Positions 38,002-48,584 of a DNA stretch of 64,000 nt are shown here, piece after piece. The translations under genes were made by a program, and so were the position numbers. Within the stretch, counting starts at the first letter, position 1. The number at the start of each line of letters is the position of its first letter. Below the pieces are notes generated by a model. It saw only the letters and a program-made list of their open reading frames with translations. It was not told the origin of the DNA and did not search any database. This stretch comes from an uncultured Acidobacteriaceae bacterium (GTDB taxonomy: Bacteria > Acidobacteriota > Terriglobia > Terriglobales > Acidobacteriaceae), in NCBI GenBank assembly GCA_963821165.1, contig CAWGCQ010000001.1, positions 732,427-796,426 of the forward strand. Reading direction: 5' to 3'.

Positions 38002-38706
38002 ATGTCCGTCTTCGTAATCATCCCCGCCGCCGGCATCGGCACCCGCATGGCCCACGCCACGGGCGGTTCGCCGAAGCAATTCCTGGCCCTCAAGGGCTTC
38101 CCCATCGTCATCCACTCGCTGCGCGCCTTCCTCGACGTCCCCGCCGTCACCGCCATCTACGTCGCCGTCCGCGACACCGAACAGGCCCGCGTCGCCGCCA
38201 TGATCGACGAGTACCATCTCTCCGAAAAAGTCCACGTCGTCACCGGCGGCGACAACCGCCAGGAGTCCGTTGCCAACGCCCTCGCCGCCCTCCCCTCCAC
38301 CTCCGCGCAGGACATCGTCCTCGTCCACGATGCCGTCCGCCCCCTCATCGACGCCGCCACCATCGAGCGCACCATCGCGGCCATCGAAAAGCACGGCGCC
38401 GCCATCGTCGCCACCCCCGCCATCGACACCATCAAGCAGGTCGAGCGCACCGCCGACGGCGCCCTCATCACCGCCACCATCCCCCGCGAGCTCATCGTCC
38501 ACGCGCAAACCCCGCAAGGCGCCACCATCCCTCTCCTCCGCCGCGCCTTTGCCGAAGCCGCAGCCGACGAGTTCACCGGCACCGACGAAGCCAGCCTCCT
38601 CGAGCGCGCCAACATCCCCGTCTTCGTCGTCCAGGGCAGCTCCCGCAATTTCAAAGTCACCCAGCCCGGCGATTTAGAGGTTGCCGAGTTTTACCTGGCA
38701 GGTTAG
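38002..38706 (+). CDS. ispD: 2-C-methyl-D-erythritol 4-phosphate cytidylyltransferase
   Basis: IPAAGIGTRM, PKQF, GGDNRQESV, VHDAVRP, AQTPQ, TDEA, NFKVT. Confidence 0.96.
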   Translation: MSVFVIIPAAGIGTRMAHATGGSPKQFLALKGFPIVIHSLRAFLDVPAVTAIYVAVRDTEQARVAAMIDEYHLSEKVHVVTGGDNRQESVANALAALPSTSAQDIVLVHDAVRPLIDAATIERTIAAIEKHGAAIVATPAIDTIKQVERTADGALITATIPRELIVHAQTPQGATIPLLRRAFAEAAADEFTGTDEASLLERANIPVFVVQGSSRNFKVTQPGDLEVAEFYLAG

Positions 38707-38890
38707 TTGTAGCCGAGTTCTACCTCGCCGGCTAAATCCGCTTCGCCCAAACCCTCGTCACCCTGACCCTGAGCCGCTCTTGCCTTTCTGGCTGTCATTC
38801 TGAGCGCAGCGAAGGATCTGCTTCTCGCTCGCAAAGCGAGCGCCCGTTCTTGCACCAAAACTCCACCGCGTATCATCTAATCCAGCTGCC

Positions 38891-39193
38891 ATGGCCACCG
38901 CCACCCAATCCGTCGAGCTAACCGAAGACCAGCTCGCCCTCATCGCCCGCGCCCTAGCCGACCCGCGCCGCTACGAGATCCTCAAAACCATCAGCGCCAA
39001 GCGCTCCTGCACCCCCTGCAGCACCATGCGCGATTGCATCGACATCTCCCCCGCCACCCTCTCCCACCACATGAAAGAGCTCGAAACCGCTGGCCTCGTC
39101 CGCTCCGAAAAAGACGGTAAGTTCGTGAATTACTTCCCCCAGACCCACATCCTCCGCGCCTACCTCGACCGCCTAAAGTCCGACCTCGCCTAA
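38891..39193 (+). CDS. ArsR/SmtB family transcriptional regulator
   Basis: ALADPRR..IL, ISPATLSHHMKELETAGLV. Confidence 0.92.
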   Translation: MATATQSVELTEDQLALIARALADPRRYEILKTISAKRSCTPCSTMRDCIDISPATLSHHMKELETAGLVRSEKDGKFVNYFPQTHILRAYLDRLKSDLA

Positions 39194-39217
39194 CCCTCCC
39201 AAGGCCAACCGCTCACT

Positions 39218-39301
39218 CAAGGGCCAACGGCCCGACCCCATCACAGCCTGGGCCGAAAGCCTAGGTATTCGGCCGCCACAAATTCAAGGGCTGAAGGCCC
39301 G
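39218..39301 (+). repeat. ~85 bp REP-like composite repeat, copy 1 of 3
   Basis: caagggccaacggccc..cacagcctgggccgaa..aagggctgaaggcccg; also at 41836 and 43511. Confidence 0.85.
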
Positions 39302-39492
39302 CCCAAATGCGCCTCTAGGTGAGCCAAGCCTTGAACCCCGCAAAAACTTCGCTTCTAGGTAAGCCAAGGCTTCAGCCTTGGCATTCCGCGGGTTCGGAAG
39401 GCGCGGGGCTTTAGCCCCTGGGGTATGCCCTTCCCCACATTCCCCAAAAATTCACAAGCATCCCTGAATCCTCCCGCACCTCCCTTACATCA

Positions 39493-39511
39493 ATTCGATG
39501 GTTGTCGAAAT
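39493..39511. promoter_or_regulatory. Palindromic candidate operator for the adjacent ArsR regulator
   Basis: TTCGA-tggttg-TCGAA about 30 bp upstream of the SDR start. Confidence 0.5.
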
Positions 39512-39540
39512 ATCGAACCACCGACACAAGGAGATTCACC

Positions 39541-40293
39541 ATGAGCACCCTCACAGGAAAAGTCGCCGTCGTTACAGGAGCCTCCAAAGGCATCGGCGCA
39601 GCGATCGCAAAGTCACTCGGAGCCGCTGGCGCCTCCGTCGTCGTCAACTACGCCTCCGACAAAGCCGGTGCCGACAAAGCCGTCGACGCCATCACCAAGG
39701 CCGGCGGCAAAGCCGTTGCCGTCAAAGGCGATGTCTCCAAGCCCGCCGACGCGCAGGCCATCATCGACGCCGCCATCAAGGCCTACAGCAAGCTCGACAT
39801 CCTGGTCAACAACTCCGGCGTCTACGAGTTCGGTCCCCTCGAAGCCGTCACCCCCGAGCACTTCCACAAGCAGTTCGACGTCAACGTTCTCGGACTCCTG
39901 CTGGTCACGCAGGCCGCGGTCAAGCACCTCCCCAAGGGCGGCAGCATCATCAACATCGGCTCACTGGTCAGCCGCATCACCCCCGCCGGCAGCTCGGTCT
40001 ACTCCGCCACCAAAGGTGCCGTCGACGTCATCACCGGTGTCCTCTCGCTTGAGCTAGGTTCCAAGGGCATTCGCGTCAACGCCCTCAATCCCGGCCTCAC
40101 CGTAACCGAAGGCACGCACGCCGCCGGCTTCGTCGGTCCTGATGCCGACTTCGAAAAAGATGTCGTCTCCAAGACACCCCTCGGCCGCGTCGGGCAAGCG
40201 GAGGATATCGCCAATGCAGCCGTCCTTCTCGCATCCGACGACGCCGGCTGGATCAACGGCCAGCTCATCAACGCCGCCGGCGGAGCCCGCTAA
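39541..40293 (+). CDS. SDR family oxidoreductase
   Basis: TGASKGIG, NNSG, YSATK, RVNALNPG; AAGGAG RBS. Confidence 0.95.
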   Translation: MSTLTGKVAVVTGASKGIGAAIAKSLGAAGASVVVNYASDKAGADKAVDAITKAGGKAVAVKGDVSKPADAQAIIDAAIKAYSKLDILVNNSGVYEFGPLEAVTPEHFHKQFDVNVLGLLLVTQAAVKHLPKGGSIINIGSLVSRITPAGSSVYSATKGAVDVITGVLSLELGSKGIRVNALNPGLTVTEGTHAAGFVGPDADFEKDVVSKTPLGRVGQAEDIANAAVLLASDDAGWINGQLINAAGGAR

Positions 40294-40455
40294 CTTAGCC
40301 AACTTAATTCGAGTCAACCTCGAAACCTCGCACGTCTAACCCTCAGAAGCGATCCCGGTTCATGGTACGGCCTCACCGCCCGATGAACCGGGATCCACCA
40401 GGCCTCCTTTCCCCTTTACCGCATCGGCTCCGCGTACGAGCCCCAGGAGATCCCC

Positions 40456-40599
40456 ATGGTCAACCTCGCTCTCACCATGCTTCCCGTCGTCATCACTTTC
40501 GCCGTCGCCGCCTGGAACTCACCCACCGACGATGTCCAGCCCCGCTCCGCCCTGCGCGGCAACAACCCAACCTCACGCCCCAACCCCTGCGATTGCTAA
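40456..40599 (+). CDS. Possible 47 aa small protein with hydrophobic N-terminus
   Basis: AGGAG RBS then MVNLALTMLPVVITFAVAAWNSPTDDVQPRSALRGNNPTSRPNPCDC. Confidence 0.4.
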   Translation: MVNLALTMLPVVITFAVAAWNSPTDDVQPRSALRGNNPTSRPNPCDC

Positions 40600-40613
40600 T
40601 CTCAGCGGCCGTT

Positions 40614-40644
40614 CTAATCCCTGATCCCTGATCCCTAATCCCTG
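40614..40644 (+). repeat. Heptamer array (CCCTGAT/CCCTAAT)
   Basis: ctaat ccctgat ccctgat ccctaat ccctg. Confidence 0.88.
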
Positions 40645-40676
40645 CTTTCCGCTCCCTGCATTTATCATCATCTGCA

Positions 40677-41297
40677 ATGAGCATGCGCATCGGTCTCGGC
40701 TTTGACTCTCACGCCTTCAAGAAGGACGTGCCGCTGATCATCGGCGGCCTCAAGATCAATCACCCCGAAGGCCTCGCCGGCCACTCCGACGGCGACCTCC
40801 TCCTCCACGCCATCACCGACGCCCTCCTCGGCGCAGTCTCCGCCGGCGACATCGGCACCTTCTTCCCCCCCACCGACCCCAAGTGGAAGGGCGCCGACTC
40901 CACCCTCTTCCTCAAGACCGCGCTCGAAGAGATCGCCCTCGTCGGCTTCAAAATCGTCAACATCGACTGCGTCCTCGTCATGCACCGCCCCAAGATCGTT
41001 CCCCTGGCCGGCGAGATGCGCGAGCGCGTCGCCGACCTCCTCGGCATCGACGTCAACAACGTCAGCATCAAGGGCAAGACCCCCGAAGGCCTCACCCAGG
41101 ACGGCACCGCCGTAGCCCACGTCGTCGTCCTGCTCGAATCCATCGACCTGCCCAACGAGCACAAGAAGCTCACCCTCCACGCCGACGCCCCCGACGAAGC
41201 CGACATCGACGCCGCCCTCGCCGCCGTTTCCAAACCCCGCGACATCAGCGCCCTCGGCCGCAAGCTCCCCACCTTCGACACCGACGACCTCACCTAA
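40677..41297 (+). CDS. ispF: 2-C-methyl-D-erythritol 2,4-cyclodiphosphate synthase with C-terminal extension
   Basis: RIGLGFDSH, GHSDGD..LHAITDALLGA, GDIG..FP, SIKGKT.E. Confidence 0.96.
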   Translation: MSMRIGLGFDSHAFKKDVPLIIGGLKINHPEGLAGHSDGDLLLHAITDALLGAVSAGDIGTFFPPTDPKWKGADSTLFLKTALEEIALVGFKIVNIDCVLVMHRPKIVPLAGEMRERVADLLGIDVNNVSIKGKTPEGLTQDGTAVAHVVVLLESIDLPNEHKKLTLHADAPDEADIDAALAAVSKPRDISALGRKLPTFDTDDLT

Positions 41298-41497
41298 CCG
41301 CCTGCACCAGCACTGGCAGTTGCCAATTCTTTCGTCATTCACTCCGTGAGTCGCTTCTACCCGCCCACCAGCTGCACCGCGAGCGAAGAACCCGGAACCG
41401 CCCATGCCCTCCGGTCGTTTCCGCCAACGCCCCTCCGTTTTCCCTTTGCCCCCACCCACCTTCTCGCGTACATTGTCCTCATCAATCGGAGGGCACC

Positions 41498-43498
<2,001 letters not shown>

Positions 43499-43510
43499 GC
43501 CTCGTTCATT

Positions 43511-43601
43511 CAAGGGCCAACGGCCCGACCCATCACAGCCTGGGGCGCAGCCCCAGGGTAACCACACCCCAAATCCAAGGGCTGAAGGCTCGACATATAC
43601 T
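43511..43601 (+). repeat. ~85 bp REP-like composite repeat, copy 3
   Basis: Matches copies at 39218 and 41836. Confidence 0.85.
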
Positions 43602-43728
43602 GGGGGCAACGTCCCCACGCGCGCATACCCAGTCCCGAAAAACACGACAACGATCACCCACCCCACCAACCCCATCCATGCGATAACCTAATCCTCACCA
43701 CCACAGCAATCGGGCTCCCATCCCAAAA

Positions 43729-44514
43729 ATGGAGCACCCCCCCATGGCCACCGACGCGGTCCACCGCCAACCCCTGCCCCGCACCCGCAACATCCCCATC
43801 AACCGCACCCGCGAGCGCCTCTTCTTCGCCCTCATGACCATCCTCATGGTCGCCACCATCCTGCTAGGCTTCCGCGCCAGCTACTTCCCCTTAGGCGAGC
43901 GCCCCGCCGCGCTCGCCAACACCGCCATCATCCTGCACGCCGCAGTCTTCTCGCTCTTCCTCCTGCTCTTCGCCGTCCAGACGACGCTCATCGCCGCCCA
44001 CCGCGTCCGCTGGCACATGAAGCTAGGCCTCTGGCTCTACGGCCTCGCCGCGCTCATGGTCCCCCTCGGCGTCCTCGCAGCCATCGACGAACTCCGCCGC
44101 GACGTCGCCATCAACCGCTACCCCGTACCCGGCGTCGATGGCCGCACCTTCTCTATGATCTCCATCATGGGCATGGTCGTCTTCGCCGTCCTCATGACCT
44201 GGTCCTACCTCGAGCGCCGCAATCCTGCCGCCCACAAGCGCCTCGCCCTCTACGCCGTCCTCTCCATGATGAACGCCGGCACCGACCGCTGGCCCTGGCA
44301 GGCCTGGGGCATCAGCGACAGCTGGTCCCTCTGGGTCTTCGCCGCCATGCTCCTTCTGCCCGCCCTCTACGACCTGATCAGCCTGCACCGCATCCACTGG
44401 GCAACTGCCTTCTCCGCGCCCTTCATATGGATCCTCTTCTGGTACGAGTTCCCCATAGGCCGCACCCACGCCTGGCACGCCATCGCCGACCTGTCCCTGA
44501 AACTCCCCCACTAA
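43729..44514 (+). CDS. Hypothetical polytopic membrane protein
   Basis: About 7 TM helices; conserved-looking His motifs (LHAAVF, WHMKLG, AHKRL). Confidence 0.75.
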   Translation: MEHPPMATDAVHRQPLPRTRNIPINRTRERLFFALMTILMVATILLGFRASYFPLGERPAALANTAIILHAAVFSLFLLLFAVQTTLIAAHRVRWHMKLGLWLYGLAALMVPLGVLAAIDELRRDVAINRYPVPGVDGRTFSMISIMGMVVFAVLMTWSYLERRNPAAHKRLALYAVLSMMNAGTDRWPWQAWGISDSWSLWVFAAMLLLPALYDLISLHRIHWATAFSAPFIWILFWYEFPIGRTHAWHAIADLSLKLPH

Positions 44515-44615
44515 CCGGTGGGCATCGCGCGCCAGCGCGACCGCCAAAGGGGTATCCCCCCACCGCCCCAGTACAAATTCACGCTCCGGTGATAAAACTA
44601 TCGCCGAGGTCTCTC

Positions 44616-45023
44616 ATGTACCTGACCACCAACCAACCCATCGCCTTCATCCCCACCGTCGACGGTGCCGCCGCGCGCAGCTTCTACGAAACCGCCCTCG
44701 GCCTCGACTTCGTCTCCGATGACGACTTCGCCATCGTCTTTAGCATCGGACCGACCTTCCGCGACGGCTCCTCCCGCACCATGCTGCGCGTCACTCGCGT
44801 CCCGAAGCCGTTTACGCCCGCCCCCTTCACCATCTTTGCCTGGGAGGTCGACGACATCCACGCCACCATCGCCGACCTCAAAACCCGCGGCGTCGAATTC
44901 CTCCAATACGACTACTTCGAGCAGGACGAAGCCGGCGTCTGGACCGCCCCCGGCGGCGCCCAGGTAGCCTGGTTCCAGGACCCCGACGGCAACACCCTCT
45001 CCCTCGCCAAACACCCCTCCTAA
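44616..45023 (+). CDS. VOC/glyoxalase family protein
   Basis: ARSFYE..LGL, WEVDDI, RGVEF, AWFQDPDGN.L. Confidence 0.9.
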   Translation: MYLTTNQPIAFIPTVDGAAARSFYETALGLDFVSDDDFAIVFSIGPTFRDGSSRTMLRVTRVPKPFTPAPFTIFAWEVDDIHATIADLKTRGVEFLQYDYFEQDEAGVWTAPGGAQVAWFQDPDGNTLSLAKHPS

Positions 45024-45029
45024 CGCCCT

Positions 45030-45600
45030 CGCCGTTGCCCTTGCCTTTCTTTCTGTCATTCCCTCCGGGAATCTGCTTCTTCCTTTGCCTTTGCCTTTGC
45101 CTTTGCTTTTGCCTTTGCCTTTGCCTTTGCCTTTGCTGTTGCCCTTGCCGCTGCCTTTGCCTTTGCTGTTGCTGTTGCTGTTGCCCTTGCCGTTCTGGCT
45201 GTCATCCCGCAGGGATCTGCTTCTTCCTTTGCCTTTGCCCTTGCCTTTCTTTCTGTCATTCCCTCCGGGAATCTGCTTCTTCCCTTGCCCTTGCCGCTGC
45301 CTTTGCTTTTGCTTTTGCTTTTGCCTTTGCTCGTTGCTGTTGCCCTTGCCGTTCTGGCTGTCATCCCGCAGGGATCTGCTTCTTCCTTTGCCTGTGCCCT
45401 TGCCTTTCTTTCTGTCATTCCCTCCGGGAATCTGCTTCTTCCCTTGCCCTTGCCGCTGCCTTTGCTTTTGCTGTTGCTGTTGCCCTTGCCGTTCTGGCTG
45501 TCATCCCGCAGGGATCTGCTTCTTCCTTTGCCTTTGCCCTTGCTTTTCTTTCTGTCATTCCCCCCGGGAATCTGCTTCTTCTTTTTGCCTGTGCCTTTGC
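45030..45600 (+). repeat. Array of seven alternating REP-like hairpins embedded in a (TTGCYN)n microsatellite
   Basis: A = tgtcattccctccgggaatctgcttct at 45054, 45254, 45413, 45553; B = tgtcatcccgcagggatctgcttct at 45200, 45359, 45499. Confidence 0.92.
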
Positions 45601-45701
45601 CGCCGCGGCTGCACCTTCTACCGGATTAGCAGGGGGCTTCAGCCCCCTGAGACCGCAGCTCGCAGAATGGGCTTTAGCCCTGGCCGGCCCACCGCCCCCT
45701 C

Positions 45702-46244
45702 CGCAGGACAAAATAAATCCCCTCAAACCACCCCAAAAACAACCCAAAATCCACATGTCAAGCCCCCGACAACCCTCAATGACCCCAAAACCCGCGCCAC
45801 CACTGGCGATTTCTCTCTCACCAACTTGGCATAGTTACCCACCCAACTTGCTACACTTGAAGTAGAGCCCAATTTCAAACAAGCTGCACCGGCGAGTACC
45901 GGCTGCAGCTTTCACATTTAATCCCCTAACTCCAACGGAGAGAAGATCATACGCGTAACTCTTTTAGAATGAGCCGAGTGAAAGCAGCCTTCACCAAGTA
46001 ACTCGCACATTCCAAACAACTTCACTAACCAAAAGTGAAAGTAGGGGGAGGGGGGTATACCCGAGGCGCCCATCGCGGCAACTACCCCCGCCGGGGGGAT
46101 ACTTTGCCCCTTAACCCATCTGAATACAATCAGTTACGCCAAAAAATGCCCCCTGCTAAGGGGGATACTTTGCCACCTAACCCGTTTGACTGCACGACTT
46201 TAGCGCAAAAACAGCTAGTGCGAGGGGGGGAGGGGGGGTCCCTG
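45702..46244 (+). repeat. Structured non-coding element, left copy of a long inverted repeat
   Basis: Reverse complement of 54471-55008; I count 3 mismatches over 45783-45872. Confidence 0.95.
45849..45857 (+). promoter_or_regulatory. Candidate extended -10 promoter TGnTACACT inside the left element
   Basis: TGcTACACT here and TGaTACACT in the right copy; only the free position differs. Confidence 0.55.
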
Positions 46245-46284
46245 TCGGGCGTTCTTGGCCCGATGGGGTCAGAAGGGGGGTACC

Positions 46285-46803
46285 CTAGTCCCCGGTAACC
46301 GCCACCACCACCGGAAGCGTCTTCGGCGGATAGCAAACCGCGTTGTCGCAAGCCTGGTAATGCAGCGCGCCAGTCAGCGTCGACGAGCCCTTCGGCACCA
46401 CCAGCCGCACGCTCACCCGAAACTCACCCTGGTACACATCCAGCGTCTCGCCCGAACCCACCGGCAGCCGGTACGTCGACCCCTTCGGATACTGCTCATC
46501 CACAACCTTCGTCCCGCTCCCTGCATTCAACTGCAGCGCGGTCGGAATCAACAGCTCATCCTTGGGCCGATGCGAATTGATATGAAACCCATCCTGCACC
46601 CGGAACCGCAGCTCCACCACCTGCGGCTGACCAGCCTTCACCTCAACCGCATCCGAAAGCAACTCCACATGAGCCCTATGCACAACCGGCCCAGGATTCA
46701 ACTGAATCTCCTGCGCCCCAGCCCTCAACCCAAGCGCAGCCACCAACGCTGCAACACACCACCAACACCCTGGACCCTGGGCCCTGGACCCTGGGCCCTT
46801 CAT
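46285..46803 (-). CDS. DsbD N-terminal-like (DsbC-associated) domain protein
   Basis: Signal peptide; GFHINS, LIPT.L, YPKG, LHYQACDNAVCYPP. Confidence 0.85.
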   Translation of the reverse strand: MKGPGSRAQGPGCWWCVAALVAALGLRAGAQEIQLNPGPVVHRAHVELLSDAVEVKAGQPQVVELRFRVQDGFHINSHRPKDELLIPTALQLNAGSGTKVVDEQYPKGSTYRLPVGSGETLDVYQGEFRVSVRLVVPKGSSTLTGALHYQACDNAVCYPPKTLPVVVAVTGD

Positions 46804-47418
46804 AGCCCACCCGAACCGATCGCCTTCTGAATATCCGCCTCGAGCTCATTCTTCGAATGCGCGCCGATCGTCTGGTCCACAACCTTGCCGCTCTTGTCCA
46901 CGTAGAACGTCTCAGGAATGTAGTCGCTCAACTGATAGCTCTTCGACACAGCGTCATCCGGCATCAGGATCGGATACGTCACGCCAACGCGCTTGGACGC
47001 CTCCGCAACCTCCTTCACCGCCATGCCATCGTCCTGGTCCAGCCCCAGCACAACCAGTCCCTTGTCCTTGTACTTGTTCTGCAGATCCTGGAACCAAGGC
47101 ATCTCGAGCTTGCACGGTCCGCAATACGTAGCCCAGAAGTTCAGCACCACCGGATGTCCCTTGTAATCGGCCAGCGAAACCTTCTTGCCGCTCAGATCCA
47201 CCAGCGTGAACGACGGCGCAGCCTGACCAACCAGCTTCTTAGCCATCGGATCGTCAGCCGAATCCGCCGACGCAGACGAGGAATCAGCAGGCGTGAGCTT
47301 CTACCTGCTGCGCCTTCTGCATCACCATCTGCCGATGCCGCAGGTTATGCGTACCTGCCATCACCACCAGCGTCACACCCGCAATCAGCAACACGACAAT
47401 ACTCAAACGACGAACCAC
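46800..47418 (-). CDS. TlpA family thiol-disulfide reductase, frameshift near 47300
   Basis: APSFTL, VVLNFWATYCGPC..EMP; N-terminal TM anchor in another frame from GTG 47418. Confidence 0.9.
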
Positions 47419-47528
47419 GGCAAGATCCTTCGGCGCAGGCCGATCAGCGCCCGCGCTCCTCCTCTAGTCTATCGCTGATCAGCCGTCTCTGCTAGCATTC
47501 TCCCTAGCCAATATCTACGCCAGCCGCA

Positions 47529-48524
47529 ATGACCCAGCTTCCTCAAACGCAAGTCCCAAAACGCCCCGCTGACCTCATCCGGATTGAGGCCGAAGCGCTC
47601 GAGCAACTCGCCCAGCGCCTCGAAGGCCCTCAGGCTCAGGTGTTTGAGCAGGTTGCCGAGCTGCTCGCCGAAACCTCCCGAAGCGGCCATCGCGTCGTCC
47701 TCACCGGCATCGGCAAGAGCGGCCTCATCGCTCGCAAGATCGCCGCAACCCTGCTCTCCACAGGAACCGCGGCTCAGTTCCTGCATCCCACCGAAGCGCT
47801 CCACGGCGACCTCGGCCTGCTCAACCGCGGAGACGTCCTGCTCGCCCTCTCCTACTCCGGCGAGAGCGAGGAGCTGCTTCGCCTGCTGCCAGTTCTTCCG
47901 CGCCTCGGCGTAACGCTGGTCGCGCTCACCGGCTGCGAGGACTCACCTCTAGCCAAGGCCAGCGCACACGTACTCGACGTCAGCGTGGACCGCGAAGCCT
48001 GCAACCACCAGCTAGCGCCCACAGCCTCGACCACCGCAATGCTAGCCCTCGGCGATGCCCTCGCCATCGACGTCAGCCGACGCCTCAACTTCCAGCCCCA
48101 GGACTTCGCCGAGCTCCATCCCGGAGGTCAGCTCGGCAAGCGCCTGATCCCGGTCAGCCAGCTCATGCACACCGGCGACGCAATCCCAACGGTCGCCCCG
48201 ACCGCAACCCTCCCAGAGATCATCCACGAGATGTCCGCCAAGCGCCTCGGCCTCACGACGGTCCAGTCGCAGGGCAAGCTCCTAGGCATCCTCTCCGACG
48301 GCGACCTCCGACGGCTCTTCGCCCGCAGCGGCCCTGACGCCTTCCACCGAACCGCAGCCGAGATCCTCAACCCCAACCCACGCACGATCGCCTCCAACCC
48401 CTTCGCCGGCGACGCCCTCACCGTCATGGAACGGCACAAGATCACCGCCCTGATCGTCACCGAAGACGGCACCGGCGCGACAGCGGTCCAGGGCGTCCTG
48501 CATCTCCATGACGTGCTCGCGTAA
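47529..48524 (+). CDS. kdsD: Arabinose 5-phosphate isomerase (KpsF/GutQ family)
   Basis: GIGKSG, HPTEALHGDLG, SYSGES, APTAST, HPGG.LG, CBS pair. Confidence 0.94.
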   Translation: MTQLPQTQVPKRPADLIRIEAEALEQLAQRLEGPQAQVFEQVAELLAETSRSGHRVVLTGIGKSGLIARKIAATLLSTGTAAQFLHPTEALHGDLGLLNRGDVLLALSYSGESEELLRLLPVLPRLGVTLVALTGCEDSPLAKASAHVLDVSVDREACNHQLAPTASTTAMLALGDALAIDVSRRLNFQPQDFAELHPGGQLGKRLIPVSQLMHTGDAIPTVAPTATLPEIIHEMSAKRLGLTTVQSQGKLLGILSDGDLRRLFARSGPDAFHRTAAEILNPNPRTIASNPFAGDALTVMERHKITALIVTEDGTGATAVQGVLHLHDVLA

Positions 48525-48584
48525 GTTCTGTACTCAAAAGCGTTACCAACCTCTGATACGGCGCTCCGATACAATCGTACGAAT

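Noticed and set aside
45030-45600. CRISPR array
   Set aside because: Spacers are low-complexity microsatellite of uneven length, two repeat types alternate, and there are no cas genes.
45035-45865. Cys-rich, Leu/Pro-rich or Ala/Lys-rich ORFs as real proteins such as RiPP precursors or metallothionein
   Set aside because: They are translations of a stop-free hexamer microsatellite, open in several frames, with no RBS or modifying enzymes.
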